From: a virus
Taxonomy: Duplodnaviria; Caudoviricetes
IMG/VR virus record: IMGVR_UViG_3300009157_000022
Coordinates: 1 to 55,568 of that record
DNA length: 55,568 nucleotides
Strand: one strand, 5' to 3'
A program made the position numbers and the translations under genes. The stretch's first letter is position 1, and each line of letters starts with the position of its first letter. Positions 17,165-25,810 of this stretch are shown here, in pieces. The notes below the pieces were generated by a model that saw only the letters and a program-made list of their open reading frames with translations, ran no database searches and was not told the origin of the DNA.

Positions 17165-17691
17165 GCGAAGTCATCACACTCACGGGCGGGGCCAGCGAGA
17201 CGATCCACGGGACGTATGCAGCCGCGCAGACATACATCGCGATGTCGTACGGATCGACGTACGACGCGTGGACGGCGCTCGCTACGGACGATCTCAGGAA
17301 GCGCACGCTCGCTGCCGCGGTTCGTTACCTCAACTCCCAGGTATGGAACGAGGACGCCGACACGTTCGCGGAGCGCGACCTGATCGCGGCGTTCGCGACC
17401 GCGCAGTACGAGCTCGCAGTGTTAATCCTTGCCGATGCGTCGCTGACGTCGTCGCTGTCCGCGGGCTCGAACATTCGATCGGTGTCTGCCGGCGGCGCAG
17501 GCGTCGAATATTTCGCCCCGGCCACGCTCGAGGCGGGCACCGCGACCAAGCTGCCGCCGATCGTGCAGCGGCTGATCGGTGCGTATCTCGGCAGCGCGGG
17601 CGTGACCGTGATCGGTGGTTACTCGCAGGATGGCGATTGCGAATCGCCGTTCTCGGACTGCAACGACTACGATCGCGAGGAGCCGTACTGA
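17161..17691 (+). CDS. Head-tail connector (DnaT-like)
   Basis: TYAAAQTY..W..KRTLAAAVRYLN..AQYELA pattern. Confidence 0.65.
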   Translation: MSEVITLTGGASETIHGTYAAAQTYIAMSYGSTYDAWTALATDDLRKRTLAAAVRYLNSQVWNEDADTFAERDLIAAFATAQYELAVLILADASLTSSLSAGSNIRSVSAGGAGVEYFAPATLEAGTATKLPPIVQRLIGAYLGSAGVTVIGGYSQDGDCESPFSDCNDYDREEPY

Positions 17692-17849
17692 TGTCGGGGC
17701 GACGGTGGGGTCGAGCGGTGGAGTCGGTCAGGTGGCGGCGCAGCGTTAGGCTCGCCGAACCGACTGACATCGTGTTGCCGCGATGGTCGGTCGCGTTTGC
17801 GTTCGTGATGCTCGCGATCGGTTTGGTTCACGCTGCGGTGACGCGGTGA
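17691..17849 (+). CDS. Small membrane protein
   Basis: C-terminal TM; coupled overlaps. Confidence 0.45.
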   Translation: MSGRRWGRAVESVRWRRSVRLAEPTDIVLPRWSVAFAFVMLAIGLVHAAVTR

Positions 17850-18046
17850 AGTTCGTCGCGCGGAACTACGAGGTCCTGATCTATGGCCCCGGCCAAGATG
17901 ACGGAGATTTCGAGATCTCGGACGATCTGTTTCTCGATCTCGAGAACGCGTACCGAGCGGTCGCCGCGGCGGAGCGGCGCGTCGAGATCGAAGGTCTCGC
18001 GTTGAACGCGGCCGCACGGAAAAGACAGGAGCGGCGCAATGCCTGA
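17846..18046 (+). CDS. Hypothetical protein
   Basis: GTGA overlap. Confidence 0.5.
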   Translation: MKFVARNYEVLIYGPGQDDGDFEISDDLFLDLENAYRAVAAAERRVEIEGLALNAAARKRQERRNA

Positions 18047-18407
18047 CACCCTCGCACTGATCAAACAAGCCGTCGGTTCGGCGCTGTCGTCGGCCGGCAT
18101 GACCAAGGCGGCGACGTTGATTCGTGTTACGCCCGGCACGCGCACGGTCGGTCAGCCATCGGCGGGGACGAACCCGACGACCACGAGCGTCACCTGTCAA
18201 GGCCTGGTCAAGTCGACGACGAAAGAGAAGATCGGCGGGACGCTGGTCGAGAAGACCGATCGCGTCGTGATGCTGTTCGGCTCCTCGTTGGGCGATGTGG
18301 CGCCTGCAACGAAAGATCGCATCACGATCGAAGGGCTCACGCAGAACGTCGTCGGCGTCGACCGCGACCCGGCAGGAGCGGTGTTCGAGTGCCTGTGTCG
18401 CAGCTGA
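18039..18407 (+). CDS. Head closure/adaptor protein
   Basis: beta-rich, GTLVEKTDRVV..PATKDRI..DPAGAVFECLCR. Confidence 0.65.
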   Translation: MPDTLALIKQAVGSALSSAGMTKAATLIRVTPGTRTVGQPSAGTNPTTTSVTCQGLVKSTTKEKIGGTLVEKTDRVVMLFGSSLGDVAPATKDRITIEGLTQNVVGVDRDPAGAVFECLCRS

Positions 18408-18898
18408 TTCTCGTCGAGTCGGGTTCCCCGTCGTCGCTGTTTGTGCTGTGGCGGGACGCATTCGCGCCGATGCGACTCGAGCATCCCAACCGCGAAAGCG
18501 TCGTGGTGCTCAAGCTCGCCAATGGGTTGCCGCCGATTCTCTCGGTCGGCCTCGACTGGACGCGCGATACCGTCGACGGCCACCGCCGCGATCGATTCGC
18601 CGTGTCGTCGGTTCGGCTCTGCTACTTCCCCGGCGTGCGACTCGCGCAGGCATGGATGGCCGCGGCGTGGGCGGGATACTGCATGCACGAGTCGCTCGAG
18701 CTCGTCACCGCGGACGGCGTGCGGCCGATCGACCCACACAGCGAGGTAGCGCCCGGCAGCGATCACCGGCTCGCGCCGTACCTCTACGATCGTGGGTTGC
18801 GCGATGGGCTGCCGCAGATGCTGACGCGCGACACGCTACTGCGCACGCTGTGCGTCGTGATGGACGAGGACGTCGCGAGAGGATTGATGGGGACATGA
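18389..18898 (+). CDS. Hypothetical protein
   Basis: Fills gap, coupled to next gene. Confidence 0.5.
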   Translation: MPVSQLILVESGSPSSLFVLWRDAFAPMRLEHPNRESVVVLKLANGLPPILSVGLDWTRDTVDGHRRDRFAVSSVRLCYFPGVRLAQAWMAAAWAGYCMHESLELVTADGVRPIDPHSEVAPGSDHRLAPYLYDRGLRDGLPQMLTRDTLLRTLCVVMDEDVARGLMGT

Positions 18899-19842
18899 GC
18901 GAGCGTGAAATGGCCAAGCTGCTCGCCATCATCGAGAAGGCGCTTGGCGCGTCATGGCTCGACGTGTCGGATTGGCTGCGTAGTCAGAACTCGCTCGACG
19001 CGATCGAGGAGCGACTCATTCGTGGCGACGTCCAGGGCGTGGTCAAAGAGGTCGAGCAAGCCGCGCGCATGTTCGCCGCCGAGACCCACGGCGCGTTTAC
19101 GACTGCAGGCAAGGCCGGCGCGAAGTGGCTCGACGCGCAGCCAGCACTCGCCGACAAGCTCGTGCGATTCGACGTGACGAACGCCCGAGCGATTCGCGCG
19201 GCGCAGCGCAACGAGTTGGAGTGGGTCGTCGGCGTTACCAATGACACCCGCACGATGGCCCACACCGCGATCATTGAAGGTCAGCGGCGCAATGCGAATC
19301 CGCGCGAGGTAGCGCGCGATATCCGCGAGGGGCTCGGGCTCACCGCCGAGCAGTCGCGACACGTGGCGAACTACCGGCGTGCGCTCGAGTCTGGCGATTT
19401 TGCCAACGCGATGGGGCGCGAACTGCATGACGCTCGAAGCGATCGGATGCTGCGCCGACTGGCAGGCGAAGACGGCTCGTTGACGCCGGCGCAGATCGAC
19501 AAGATGACCGAGCAGTACCGGCGCAACTACATAGCCTATCGAGCGGAGACGATCGCGCGCACCGAGTCGGCGCGGAACGCACACGCGGGACTCGACGAGG
19601 CACTTACGCAGGCCGTCGAGCGCGGCGAGATCGATGCCGAGTCGCTGGTTAAGGAATGGATCCACGCCGGTCGCGGCCGCTCGCGCGCGGACCACGTGGC
19701 CATGGATGGCAAGACGGTTCGGTTCGGCGAGGCGTTCGCGATGCCCGACGGTGCGCGCATGAAATACCCAGGAGATCCGGCAGGCGGCGCGGCGAACACA
19801 GCGAACTGTCGGTGCACGTTCGCAACTACGATCGGGGCGTAG
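18895..19842 (+). CDS. Minor head / head morphogenesis protein (Mu gpF/SPP1 gp7-like)
   Basis: RAETIARTE, KEW, R..H, YPGDP, NCRC. Confidence 0.9.
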   Translation: MSEREMAKLLAIIEKALGASWLDVSDWLRSQNSLDAIEERLIRGDVQGVVKEVEQAARMFAAETHGAFTTAGKAGAKWLDAQPALADKLVRFDVTNARAIRAAQRNELEWVVGVTNDTRTMAHTAIIEGQRRNANPREVARDIREGLGLTAEQSRHVANYRRALESGDFANAMGRELHDARSDRMLRRLAGEDGSLTPAQIDKMTEQYRRNYIAYRAETIARTESARNAHAGLDEALTQAVERGEIDAESLVKEWIHAGRGRSRADHVAMDGKTVRFGEAFAMPDGARMKYPGDPAGGAANTANCRCTFATTIGA

Positions 19843-20131
19843 CTGCGCGGACCTCGTACAGCACGTACGAGACTCGCCCATCCGTTAACCGCACCGGATC
19901 CGCGTACAGCGTTCGCGGGTCGGCCTGCCATGCGCTGATGAGATCGCGCCACGTGGTTTCGTCAACGATCCCGTGGTCGACACATGTCCCGTCTGGGTTC
20001 GATTGGAAGAATCGGACGTGATGCGGAAGCGGATCGCTGCTGACCCGTCCGGTTCGCCGATGCCGCGCGCCGATCTGACCCACGAACCGCTCAAGCCCGG
20101 CGACGGTGACAAGCTTTCTGGGCGTCGTCAT
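19826..20131 (-). CDS. Hypothetical moron-like protein (leaderless)
   Basis: TCGATT-17-TAGAGT then 6 nt to ATG on minus strand. Confidence 0.55.
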   Translation of the reverse strand: MTTPRKLVTVAGLERFVGQIGARHRRTGRVSSDPLPHHVRFFQSNPDGTCVDHGIVDETTWRDLISAWQADPRTLYADPVRLTDGRVSYVLYEVRAATPRS

Positions 20132-20160
20132 CCGCCGACTCTACCCGCGTTCCGCGGTGA

Positions 20161-20192
20161 AATCGACCCGCTAATGCCCGTCGCCGCACGGT
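20161..20192 (+). promoter_or_regulatory. AATCGACCC-type promoter (protease/capsid)
   Basis: Motif 20161-20169, CACGGT, GTG 29 nt downstream. Confidence 0.75.
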
Positions 20193-20198
20193 AGGTGC

Positions 20199-21728
20199 GT
20201 GGCACGGTACAAGCTCAAGCTCAAGCAGCTCGATTTCGTCTCGCTCGTAGACGATCCAGCTCAGCCGAACGCCAAGTGTCTGCTCATCAAGCGGGCCGGC
20301 AAGCCCGACGAGGTGACCGCGACCGCACGGCTCGTCAAGACCAATGACGAACTCGGGCTCGCGTTCTTCTGGGCATTCACCACGACGAATCCCGACGGCA
20401 GCGAGCATTACGACCTGCACGGCGATCAGGTGATGTCAGGCGACGAGATGATCAAGGCCGCGGCCGCTTTCATGGAGAGCGGCGGCGCAGTGGACGAGAT
20501 GCACGATTCCGAGGCGACGGGGCGCGTGGTGTTCGCGATGCCGATGACGCCTGAGATCGCAAAGGCGTACGGAGTCGAGTCCAAGACGAGCGGGCTGATG
20601 GTGGCGATTCGCCCATCGGCCGACGCAATGGCCAAGCTCAAGGACGGAACCTACACGGCCGTCTCGATTGCTGGCATCGGGGAGCGCGTCCAGGCGCGCA
20701 AGGCCCGCGTGCTCAAGACCGCGCTCTACACCGACGAGGTTGACGGTCATCAACACAAGATCTGTTTCTTCGATGACGGCTCGCTCTACGTCGAGCACGC
20801 CACCATGGCGGGCGCCGAGTACAGCCACAGCCACGGCATCATCCGCGGCGAGAACAGCACGCTGGAGATTCTCGCCGACAGCGGCCACAAGCACACGCTG
20901 GCCGAGGGTCAGGCGTCGCTTGTTGTCGTCGCACCGGACGCCGTTGTGGTCGTCCAGGCAAACGCCCCGGGCATGAAATCGACCCGTCCGATCGAACCGA
21001 GCAAACCTGTCCTCACGATGAAGGAGCCGACCATGGCCAACGATGCCGAGAAGACGATCGCCGAACTCACCAAGCAGCTCGAGCACGTGAGCAAGCTTGC
21101 AACGCTCACGGACGCGCAGCGTATGCACTACAAGAGCAAGTCGGGCGCTGACGCTGACGGCTTTCTCGCGAAGTCGCACGACGAGCGCCAGGTGGTGCTC
21201 GACGCGGTCGAGAAGGCAAACCCGATCGTGTACACCGCGAAATCGTCGGGCCGTGTGTTCCGCGAGTCGGACCGCTCGAGCGGGATCGTCGACATGGCGG
21301 AGATGCTCGACAAGCAGGCCGAGTCGCTCGCCAAGCGCGACGAGGCGATCGAGAAAGCAGAGATCGCCAGGGTCGCAAAGGAGGCGCTCGAGGGCGTCGC
21401 CGGCGACGATGAGACCCACGCCTACATCGTCAAGTCCATCCGCAAGGGCGGCGGCGATGCCGCGATGATCGAAAAGGCGATGACCACGCTGCGGAGCTCG
21501 AAAGAGTTCACCCGCGCGGGGCGCGTCGCCAAGGGGATCAACCCCGGAACCGATCCGCAGCCCGAGTCGCTCGAGTCTCAGGTCGAGGTGCTCGCCCAGA
21601 AGATTGCGACCGAGCAGAAGATCGACATCGTCAAAGCTCGCGGTCTCGTGTTCGACACGACCGAGGGCGCTGCGCTCTACGCGCAGATCGAGAAGCGCAA
21701 GCAGAACCGCAACGGAGCCCCGGCGTAA
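20199..21728 (+). CDS. Prohead protease (XkdF-like) fused to scaffold
   Basis: VSLVDDPA, DLHGD, DEMH, YTAVSIAG; C-terminal coiled coil. Confidence 0.85.
   Translation: MARYKLKLKQLDFVSLVDDPAQPNAKCLLIKRAGKPDEVTATARLVKTNDELGLAFFWAFTTTNPDGSEHYDLHGDQVMSGDEMIKAAAAFMESGGAVDEMHDSEATGRVVFAMPMTPEIAKAYGVESKTSGLMVAIRPSADAMAKLKDGTYTAVSIAGIGERVQARKARVLKTALYTDEVDGHQHKICFFDDGSLYVEHATMAGAEYSHSHGIIRGENSTLEILADSGHKHTLAEGQASLVVVAPDAVVVVQANAPGMKSTRPIEPSKPVLTMKEPTMANDAEKTIAELTKQLEHVSKLATLTDAQRMHYKSKSGADADGFLAKSHDERQVVLDAVEKANPIVYTAKSSGRVFRESDRSSGIVDMAEMLDKQAESLAKRDEAIEKAEIARVAKEALEGVAGDDETHAYIVKSIRKGGGDAAMIEKAMTTLRSSKEFTRAGRVAKGINPGTDPQPESLESQVEVLAQKIATEQKIDIVKARGLVFDTTEGAALYAQIEKRKQNRNGAPA
21033..21728 (+). CDS. 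Nested in-frame scaffolding protein
   Basis: Internal promoter motif 20977-20985, AAGGAG RBS, ATG 21033 (MANDAEKTIAEL). Confidence 0.65.
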   Translation: MANDAEKTIAELTKQLEHVSKLATLTDAQRMHYKSKSGADADGFLAKSHDERQVVLDAVEKANPIVYTAKSSGRVFRESDRSSGIVDMAEMLDKQAESLAKRDEAIEKAEIARVAKEALEGVAGDDETHAYIVKSIRKGGGDAAMIEKAMTTLRSSKEFTRAGRVAKGINPGTDPQPESLESQVEVLAQKIATEQKIDIVKARGLVFDTTEGAALYAQIEKRKQNRNGAPA

Positions 21729-21752
21729 CCGCCGATCACAGGAGATCTGAAC

Positions 21753-22724
21753 ATGGCGAACATCGCGCTCATCGAATCCCCGACGTACATCTCGCGGCCT
21801 GCCGGCTCCGATCTGTCGACGAAGCAATACTTTTTCATGGATATCACGAGCGGCAAGCTCACGCTGGCCGGATCCGGCACGCGCGTCGCTGGCGTTCTTT
21901 GTGATGACCCGGCGGCGGAGGACCGCCCAGGTCAACTCCAGATCGCCGGCGTTGCCAAGGTGCTCGCGGGCGGCACGATCACGAGCGGCGCGGGCGTCGC
22001 ATCGGATGCGGCAGGCAAGGCTGTCGCGGCCACCGGCTCCGCATTCGTGGTCGGCATCTGCGTCTCGCTCGGCACGGTCGCATCCGGCGAATACGCCGCA
22101 GTGCTGCTCACACCGAGCGGCGCGGTCGGCCAGGCCGGCGATGTCGAGACCATCGCGGATGCCGGCGCACTGAATCCCGGCATTCTCACCACGTTCCTCT
22201 CGGTCACCGGCACGGTGGCCTACACGCTCGCCGATGGTTCGTACGTCGGCCAGCGCAAGCGCATCGAGTGCACGGTGGCCGCGTCCATCCCGGCCGGCAC
22301 CGTGACGCTCAATGACGCCGCCACCGGCGAGCCTACGGCCTGGGTCTTCAACGCGGTCGGGCAAATGCTCGAGCTCATGTGGATGACCGGCGGCTGGAAG
22401 CTGATGACGGTTCGCGAAGCCGGCACCGACACGCCTGCCGCAGCGTCGACGCTCAACCTTCTCGTGCGCACGCACATCATCGCGATCGACGGGACCGACG
22501 ACTGGATCCTGCCGAGCGGCGAAGTCCCCGGCGAAACGCAATCGTTCATCGTCTCGACGGCGGACAATATCCCCGCGGGCACGATCTCCGGCCTCTTCTA
22601 CGACGAGGACGGATCGGCCGACGGCGTCGATCTCGTTATGAACGCGATTGCTGACCTGGCGACCGTCCAATGGGACGGGCTTCGATGGGTCCCGATTCAA
22701 CTCACCAGCGTGACCGTCTCGTAA
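21753..22724 (+). CDS. Capsid decoration/cement protein (DUF2190-like) with two tandem C-terminal beta domains
   Basis: GVAKVLAGGTITSGAGVASDAAGKAVAA; between scaffold and MCP. Confidence 0.7.
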   Translation: MANIALIESPTYISRPAGSDLSTKQYFFMDITSGKLTLAGSGTRVAGVLCDDPAAEDRPGQLQIAGVAKVLAGGTITSGAGVASDAAGKAVAATGSAFVVGICVSLGTVASGEYAAVLLTPSGAVGQAGDVETIADAGALNPGILTTFLSVTGTVAYTLADGSYVGQRKRIECTVAASIPAGTVTLNDAATGEPTAWVFNAVGQMLELMWMTGGWKLMTVREAGTDTPAAASTLNLLVRTHIIAIDGTDDWILPSGEVPGETQSFIVSTADNIPAGTISGLFYDEDGSADGVDLVMNAIADLATVQWDGLRWVPIQLTSVTVS

Positions 22725-22756
22725 CGGGCGACAGCCAACACAGGAGCAACTGAGTC

Positions 22757-23758
22757 ATGTCTCTACCTACCCCCGGCGACGTCCACGTCAATGCACCGCT
22801 GACGAATATGTCGGTGCTCTACGCGCAGGCGCAGACCCGCTTCGCGGCCGATCGGCTATTCCCGGTCGTCACGTCGGACAAGGAGAGTAACAGCTACTTC
22901 AAGTTCGATAAGTCGGAATGGGCGCGCCTTGCGATGAAGCCGCGCGCTGTCGGCACTCCGGCCGCCGAGGGCGGGTACGGCATCACGACTGACTCGTTTC
23001 ACTGCATCACCGAAGCGGTCAAGAAGCTGATCCCTGATCGGCTCCGTCGCAACAGCGACAACCCGCTCAATCAGGACCGCGCAGCGATGCGCTTCGTCAC
23101 GCAGCAAGCGTTGCTCGCTCGTGAGAAGCGGTTCGCGGCCGCGGCACTGGTCGCGTCCGTGTGGTCGACCGACATCACGGGCGTTGCCTCCGATACCCCG
23201 TCCGCGGGCGAATGGGAGCAGTGGGACCGCGCCGGCTCGACGCCGATCGCGAACATCCACGCTGCGACCACGGCGATCGACAAGCTCACGCTTGGCGCCG
23301 CGCGCCCGAACGTGTTCGCCTGCGGTCAAGAGGTGTGGGACGTCCTCAAGATTCACCCCGACATTCTCGATCTGCTCAAGTACGGCGGCCAGCTGCAGGG
23401 CACGCTCTCCAAGGTGACCACGCAGATGGTTGCCCAGCTGTTCGAGCTCGACGAGATCATCGTGATGTCGGCGCTCGAGGAGACCGAGGACGAGAACGTA
23501 GCAGGCACGTCGACCCCGGCGTACATCGCCGGCAAGTCCGGCATCCTGCTCTTCCGTCAGGCCACCCCGATGATCGAAGAGGTCTCGGCCGGCTACACGA
23601 TGTGTTGGCAGGACGTCGGCGGAACCGCCGGGGGCTGGCGCATCAAGAAGTATCGCGACGAGAACGTTGCCTCTGACGTCGTCGAGAACGAGTCGAGCTG
23701 GGTCCCCAAGGTGGTCGCGCCCGACGCCGGCGCATTCATCGCCACGCTCATCGGGTAA
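22757..23758 (+). CDS. Major capsid protein
   Basis: HVNAPLTNMSV.Y, ADRLFPVV, PKVVAPDAGAFI; 333 aa; position. Confidence 0.88.
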   Translation: MSLPTPGDVHVNAPLTNMSVLYAQAQTRFAADRLFPVVTSDKESNSYFKFDKSEWARLAMKPRAVGTPAAEGGYGITTDSFHCITEAVKKLIPDRLRRNSDNPLNQDRAAMRFVTQQALLAREKRFAAAALVASVWSTDITGVASDTPSAGEWEQWDRAGSTPIANIHAATTAIDKLTLGAARPNVFACGQEVWDVLKIHPDILDLLKYGGQLQGTLSKVTTQMVAQLFELDEIIVMSALEETEDENVAGTSTPAYIAGKSGILLFRQATPMIEEVSAGYTMCWQDVGGTAGGWRIKKYRDENVASDVVENESSWVPKVVAPDAGAFIATLIG

Positions 23759-23761
23759 GCG

Positions 23762-24070
23762 ATGGCCCGCGTCCTCGGACATCGAGCGCTCGATTTCGAT
23801 CAGCCGCTGTACGTCCGTGCGCCGTCCCTCAAAGGCTGGAATCGGACGCTCAAGAAGGGCGATCTGTTCCCGTGGCGCGAACTCAAGCTCGTTGCGCGCA
23901 AGGTCCACCAGTTGTGGATGCAGCGCGCGATCGGCCACGAGCGCATCGGGGATCCGCCGCAGGGCGCCGAGAGGCCGCACGGCGAAATCGCGCTACCTCG
24001 TCCGGCTGCACCCGGCGAGCTGCTCGAAGTCGTGACGCCCCGTTCCAATCGCAAACGCCGCGCGAGGTAA
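23762..24070 (+). CDS. Hypothetical head-associated protein
   Basis: Directly after MCP. Confidence 0.55.
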   Translation: MARVLGHRALDFDQPLYVRAPSLKGWNRTLKKGDLFPWRELKLVARKVHQLWMQRAIGHERIGDPPQGAERPHGEIALPRPAAPGELLEVVTPRSNRKRRAR

Positions 24071-24074
24071 CCCA

Positions 24075-24545
24075 GTGGCCACCGCTGCTCAGATCGGAGC
24101 CCGTCTCCGCGCTGAGGCGGCCCGGGAGATCAAGGCAATCGCGCTCGACATCGATCGCGAGCTCCGCCGCGCAACCCCGATCGATACGGGCCATGCGCGG
24201 CGCAACTGGATCCCGTCGGTGGGACAGCCGCACACCACGGAGGCGGCGTCCGATGCGGAGCGCGTACAGGGCATCGCCCAAGCGCTGGCCTACTCGCTCG
24301 AGGCCGGACCGCTGTGGTTGTCCAACGTCGTGGCCTACATCAACCGGCTCAATTACGGGCACTCCAAGCAGGCTCCCGCCGGATTCATCGAGCGTGCGGT
24401 CGACCTTGCTCTCCAGCGTGCGCAGGCTCGCGGCAGCAAGCACATCGACGTATCGGCGCTCCGGGCGTCCTACCAGGACGAAGTCGGTTCCAGGGGCGCG
24501 GAGAACCTCGCCAGCGCGTACTCGCCATTTGGCGGTGACGAATGA
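24075..24545 (+). CDS. HK97 gp10-like neck/tail completion protein
   Basis: TPIDTGHARRNW, NVVAYINRLNYGHSKQAPAGF. Confidence 0.88.
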   Translation: MATAAQIGARLRAEAAREIKAIALDIDRELRRATPIDTGHARRNWIPSVGQPHTTEAASDAERVQGIAQALAYSLEAGPLWLSNVVAYINRLNYGHSKQAPAGFIERAVDLALQRAQARGSKHIDVSALRASYQDEVGSRGAENLASAYSPFGGDE

Positions 24546-24715
24546 GCGTCCGGTGGGATGAGCCGATGGCTCCATTTCTGGAGCACATGGCGACCTGCGT
24601 CGCGTGCATGCGCGATCGCCGTCATCCGTGCAGAATGGGCGAGCAGCTGCTCAAGGATGGCGCGGACCGGCTGACACGTCGGCTCTGTAACGACCCACGG
24701 AGGGCGCAATCATGA
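24542..24715 (+). CDS. 57-aa Zn-binding protein (HxxxCxxC)
   Basis: Own translation MSVRWDEPMAPFLEHMATCVACMRDRRHPCRMG...; ATGA overlaps at both ends. Confidence 0.55.
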   Translation: MSVRWDEPMAPFLEHMATCVACMRDRRHPCRMGEQLLKDGADRLTRRLCNDPRRAQS

Positions 24716-25152
24716 CCGAGCGGGAAGCCATCGAAGCGATCCTGGTGCACTGGGAGGATGAATGGGAGGCGCTGCATCCCGAGGACACCAGCGATCCGGA
24801 CTGTGTCCCGTGGTACGCAGGCAACGAAGCGCACGAGACCTCAGAGCTCGGCGCGCTCGGGGCGTGGGCGCGCATCAACGTGATCCATACCGCGGCCGAG
24901 CAGACCACCATGGGATCGGCGCCGTCGCGCAAGTTCGAGCGGCGCGGCAATATCTACGTTCAGCTGTTCGCGCCGATCGACGCCGGTGTTCAATTACGCG
25001 CCGAGCTCGCCGACGACGTGCGTACTGCGATGGAGGGGTTCCGGGTCGATGAGCTGCGGACCTATGCCGGACGGACCGAGGAGGGCGTCGAGGATGGGGT
25101 GTGGTCGATGGCTGTCGTGATCGTGCCATTCGCGTACACCGACACGCGCTAG
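24712..25152 (+). CDS. Tail terminator protein
   Basis: FERRGNIYVQLFAPIDAG..LADDVR; position. Confidence 0.75.
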   Translation: MTEREAIEAILVHWEDEWEALHPEDTSDPDCVPWYAGNEAHETSELGALGAWARINVIHTAAEQTTMGSAPSRKFERRGNIYVQLFAPIDAGVQLRAELADDVRTAMEGFRVDELRTYAGRTEEGVEDGVWSMAVVIVPFAYTDTR

Positions 25153-25466
25153 ACGCGGCGCATGCCCGGCCACTTCAGCATCTTCGGTGTAACCGTAATC
25201 TGCATGCCGTAGTCCACCGTGACCCCGTTGTTTTTTACGGGTTCGAACGTGCCGTATCTGGTGACGACCTCGAATACTGGTACGCCGTGCACGACGAGAA
25301 CGTCTCGACGATCGATGCCGTTCTCGAGATCATGCCGCTCTATAACGCAGTCGGTTGCCGTGTAACCAAGCTCCAGTACGGCCTGACAGGCAGCATCTAT
25401 GGGCTCCATCTGTGCGGCTATCGCCTGCTCGATGCTCTCCTGCATTTGGTTCATGTAATCGATCAC
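25149..25466 (-). CDS. Hypothetical protein (leaderless)
   Basis: TAGGCT 6 nt upstream of GTG. Confidence 0.55.
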   Translation of the reverse strand: MIDYMNQMQESIEQAIAAQMEPIDAACQAVLELGYTATDCVIERHDLENGIDRRDVLVVHGVPVFEVVTRYGTFEPVKNNGVTVDYGMQITVTPKMLKWPGMRRV

Positions 25467-25486
25467 GCCGCCAGCCTACCACCGCG

Positions 25487-25810
25487 CTAAGGATCCCGCA
25501 CCGGCAGCTTGAGCGGTGGCAGCGCCGTTTCGCCGTCGACGAGCACGCGGATGTGATGATTGCGCGCGGCGAGATTCGCGCTCTGCGCGCCCGTGATCAC
25601 GAAGTCCACCATGCCGACGGTATCCCCCGATTGTGGCTGGAGCGTCGCGCCCGCGCCAATGGATAGCGAGATCAGGACGGGTGCGGTTGTGCGCCGACGC
25701 AGTTCGAGTACGACGGTTTTTCCGGTGAGATCTGTGCGCGTCCCGTCGTCATCGTTGGTACACGTTCCGGTCCAGGTCCAGTCTTCGCCTTTGTAGAGTA
25801 CGAGGCTCAT
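25487..25810 (-). CDS. BppU-like Ig/baseplate-attachment protein
   Basis: [26 protein letters not shown] pattern. Confidence 0.55.
   Translation of the reverse strand: MSLVLYKGEDWTWTGTCTNDDDGTRTDLTGKTVVLELRRRTTAPVLISLSIGAGATLQPQSGDTVGMVDFVITGAQSANLAARNHHIRVLVDGETALPPLKLPVRDP

Noticed and set aside
20436-23980. Long minus-strand ORFs (754 aa, 374 aa)
   Set aside because: Antisense shadows of head genes, typical of high-GC DNA
25457-25465. AATCGATCA near-match to the promoter motif (also AATCGACCG at 9481, AATCGACGA at 17083)
   Set aside because: Mismatched, inside or antisense to genes, and no supported gene start at the 28-31 nt spacing
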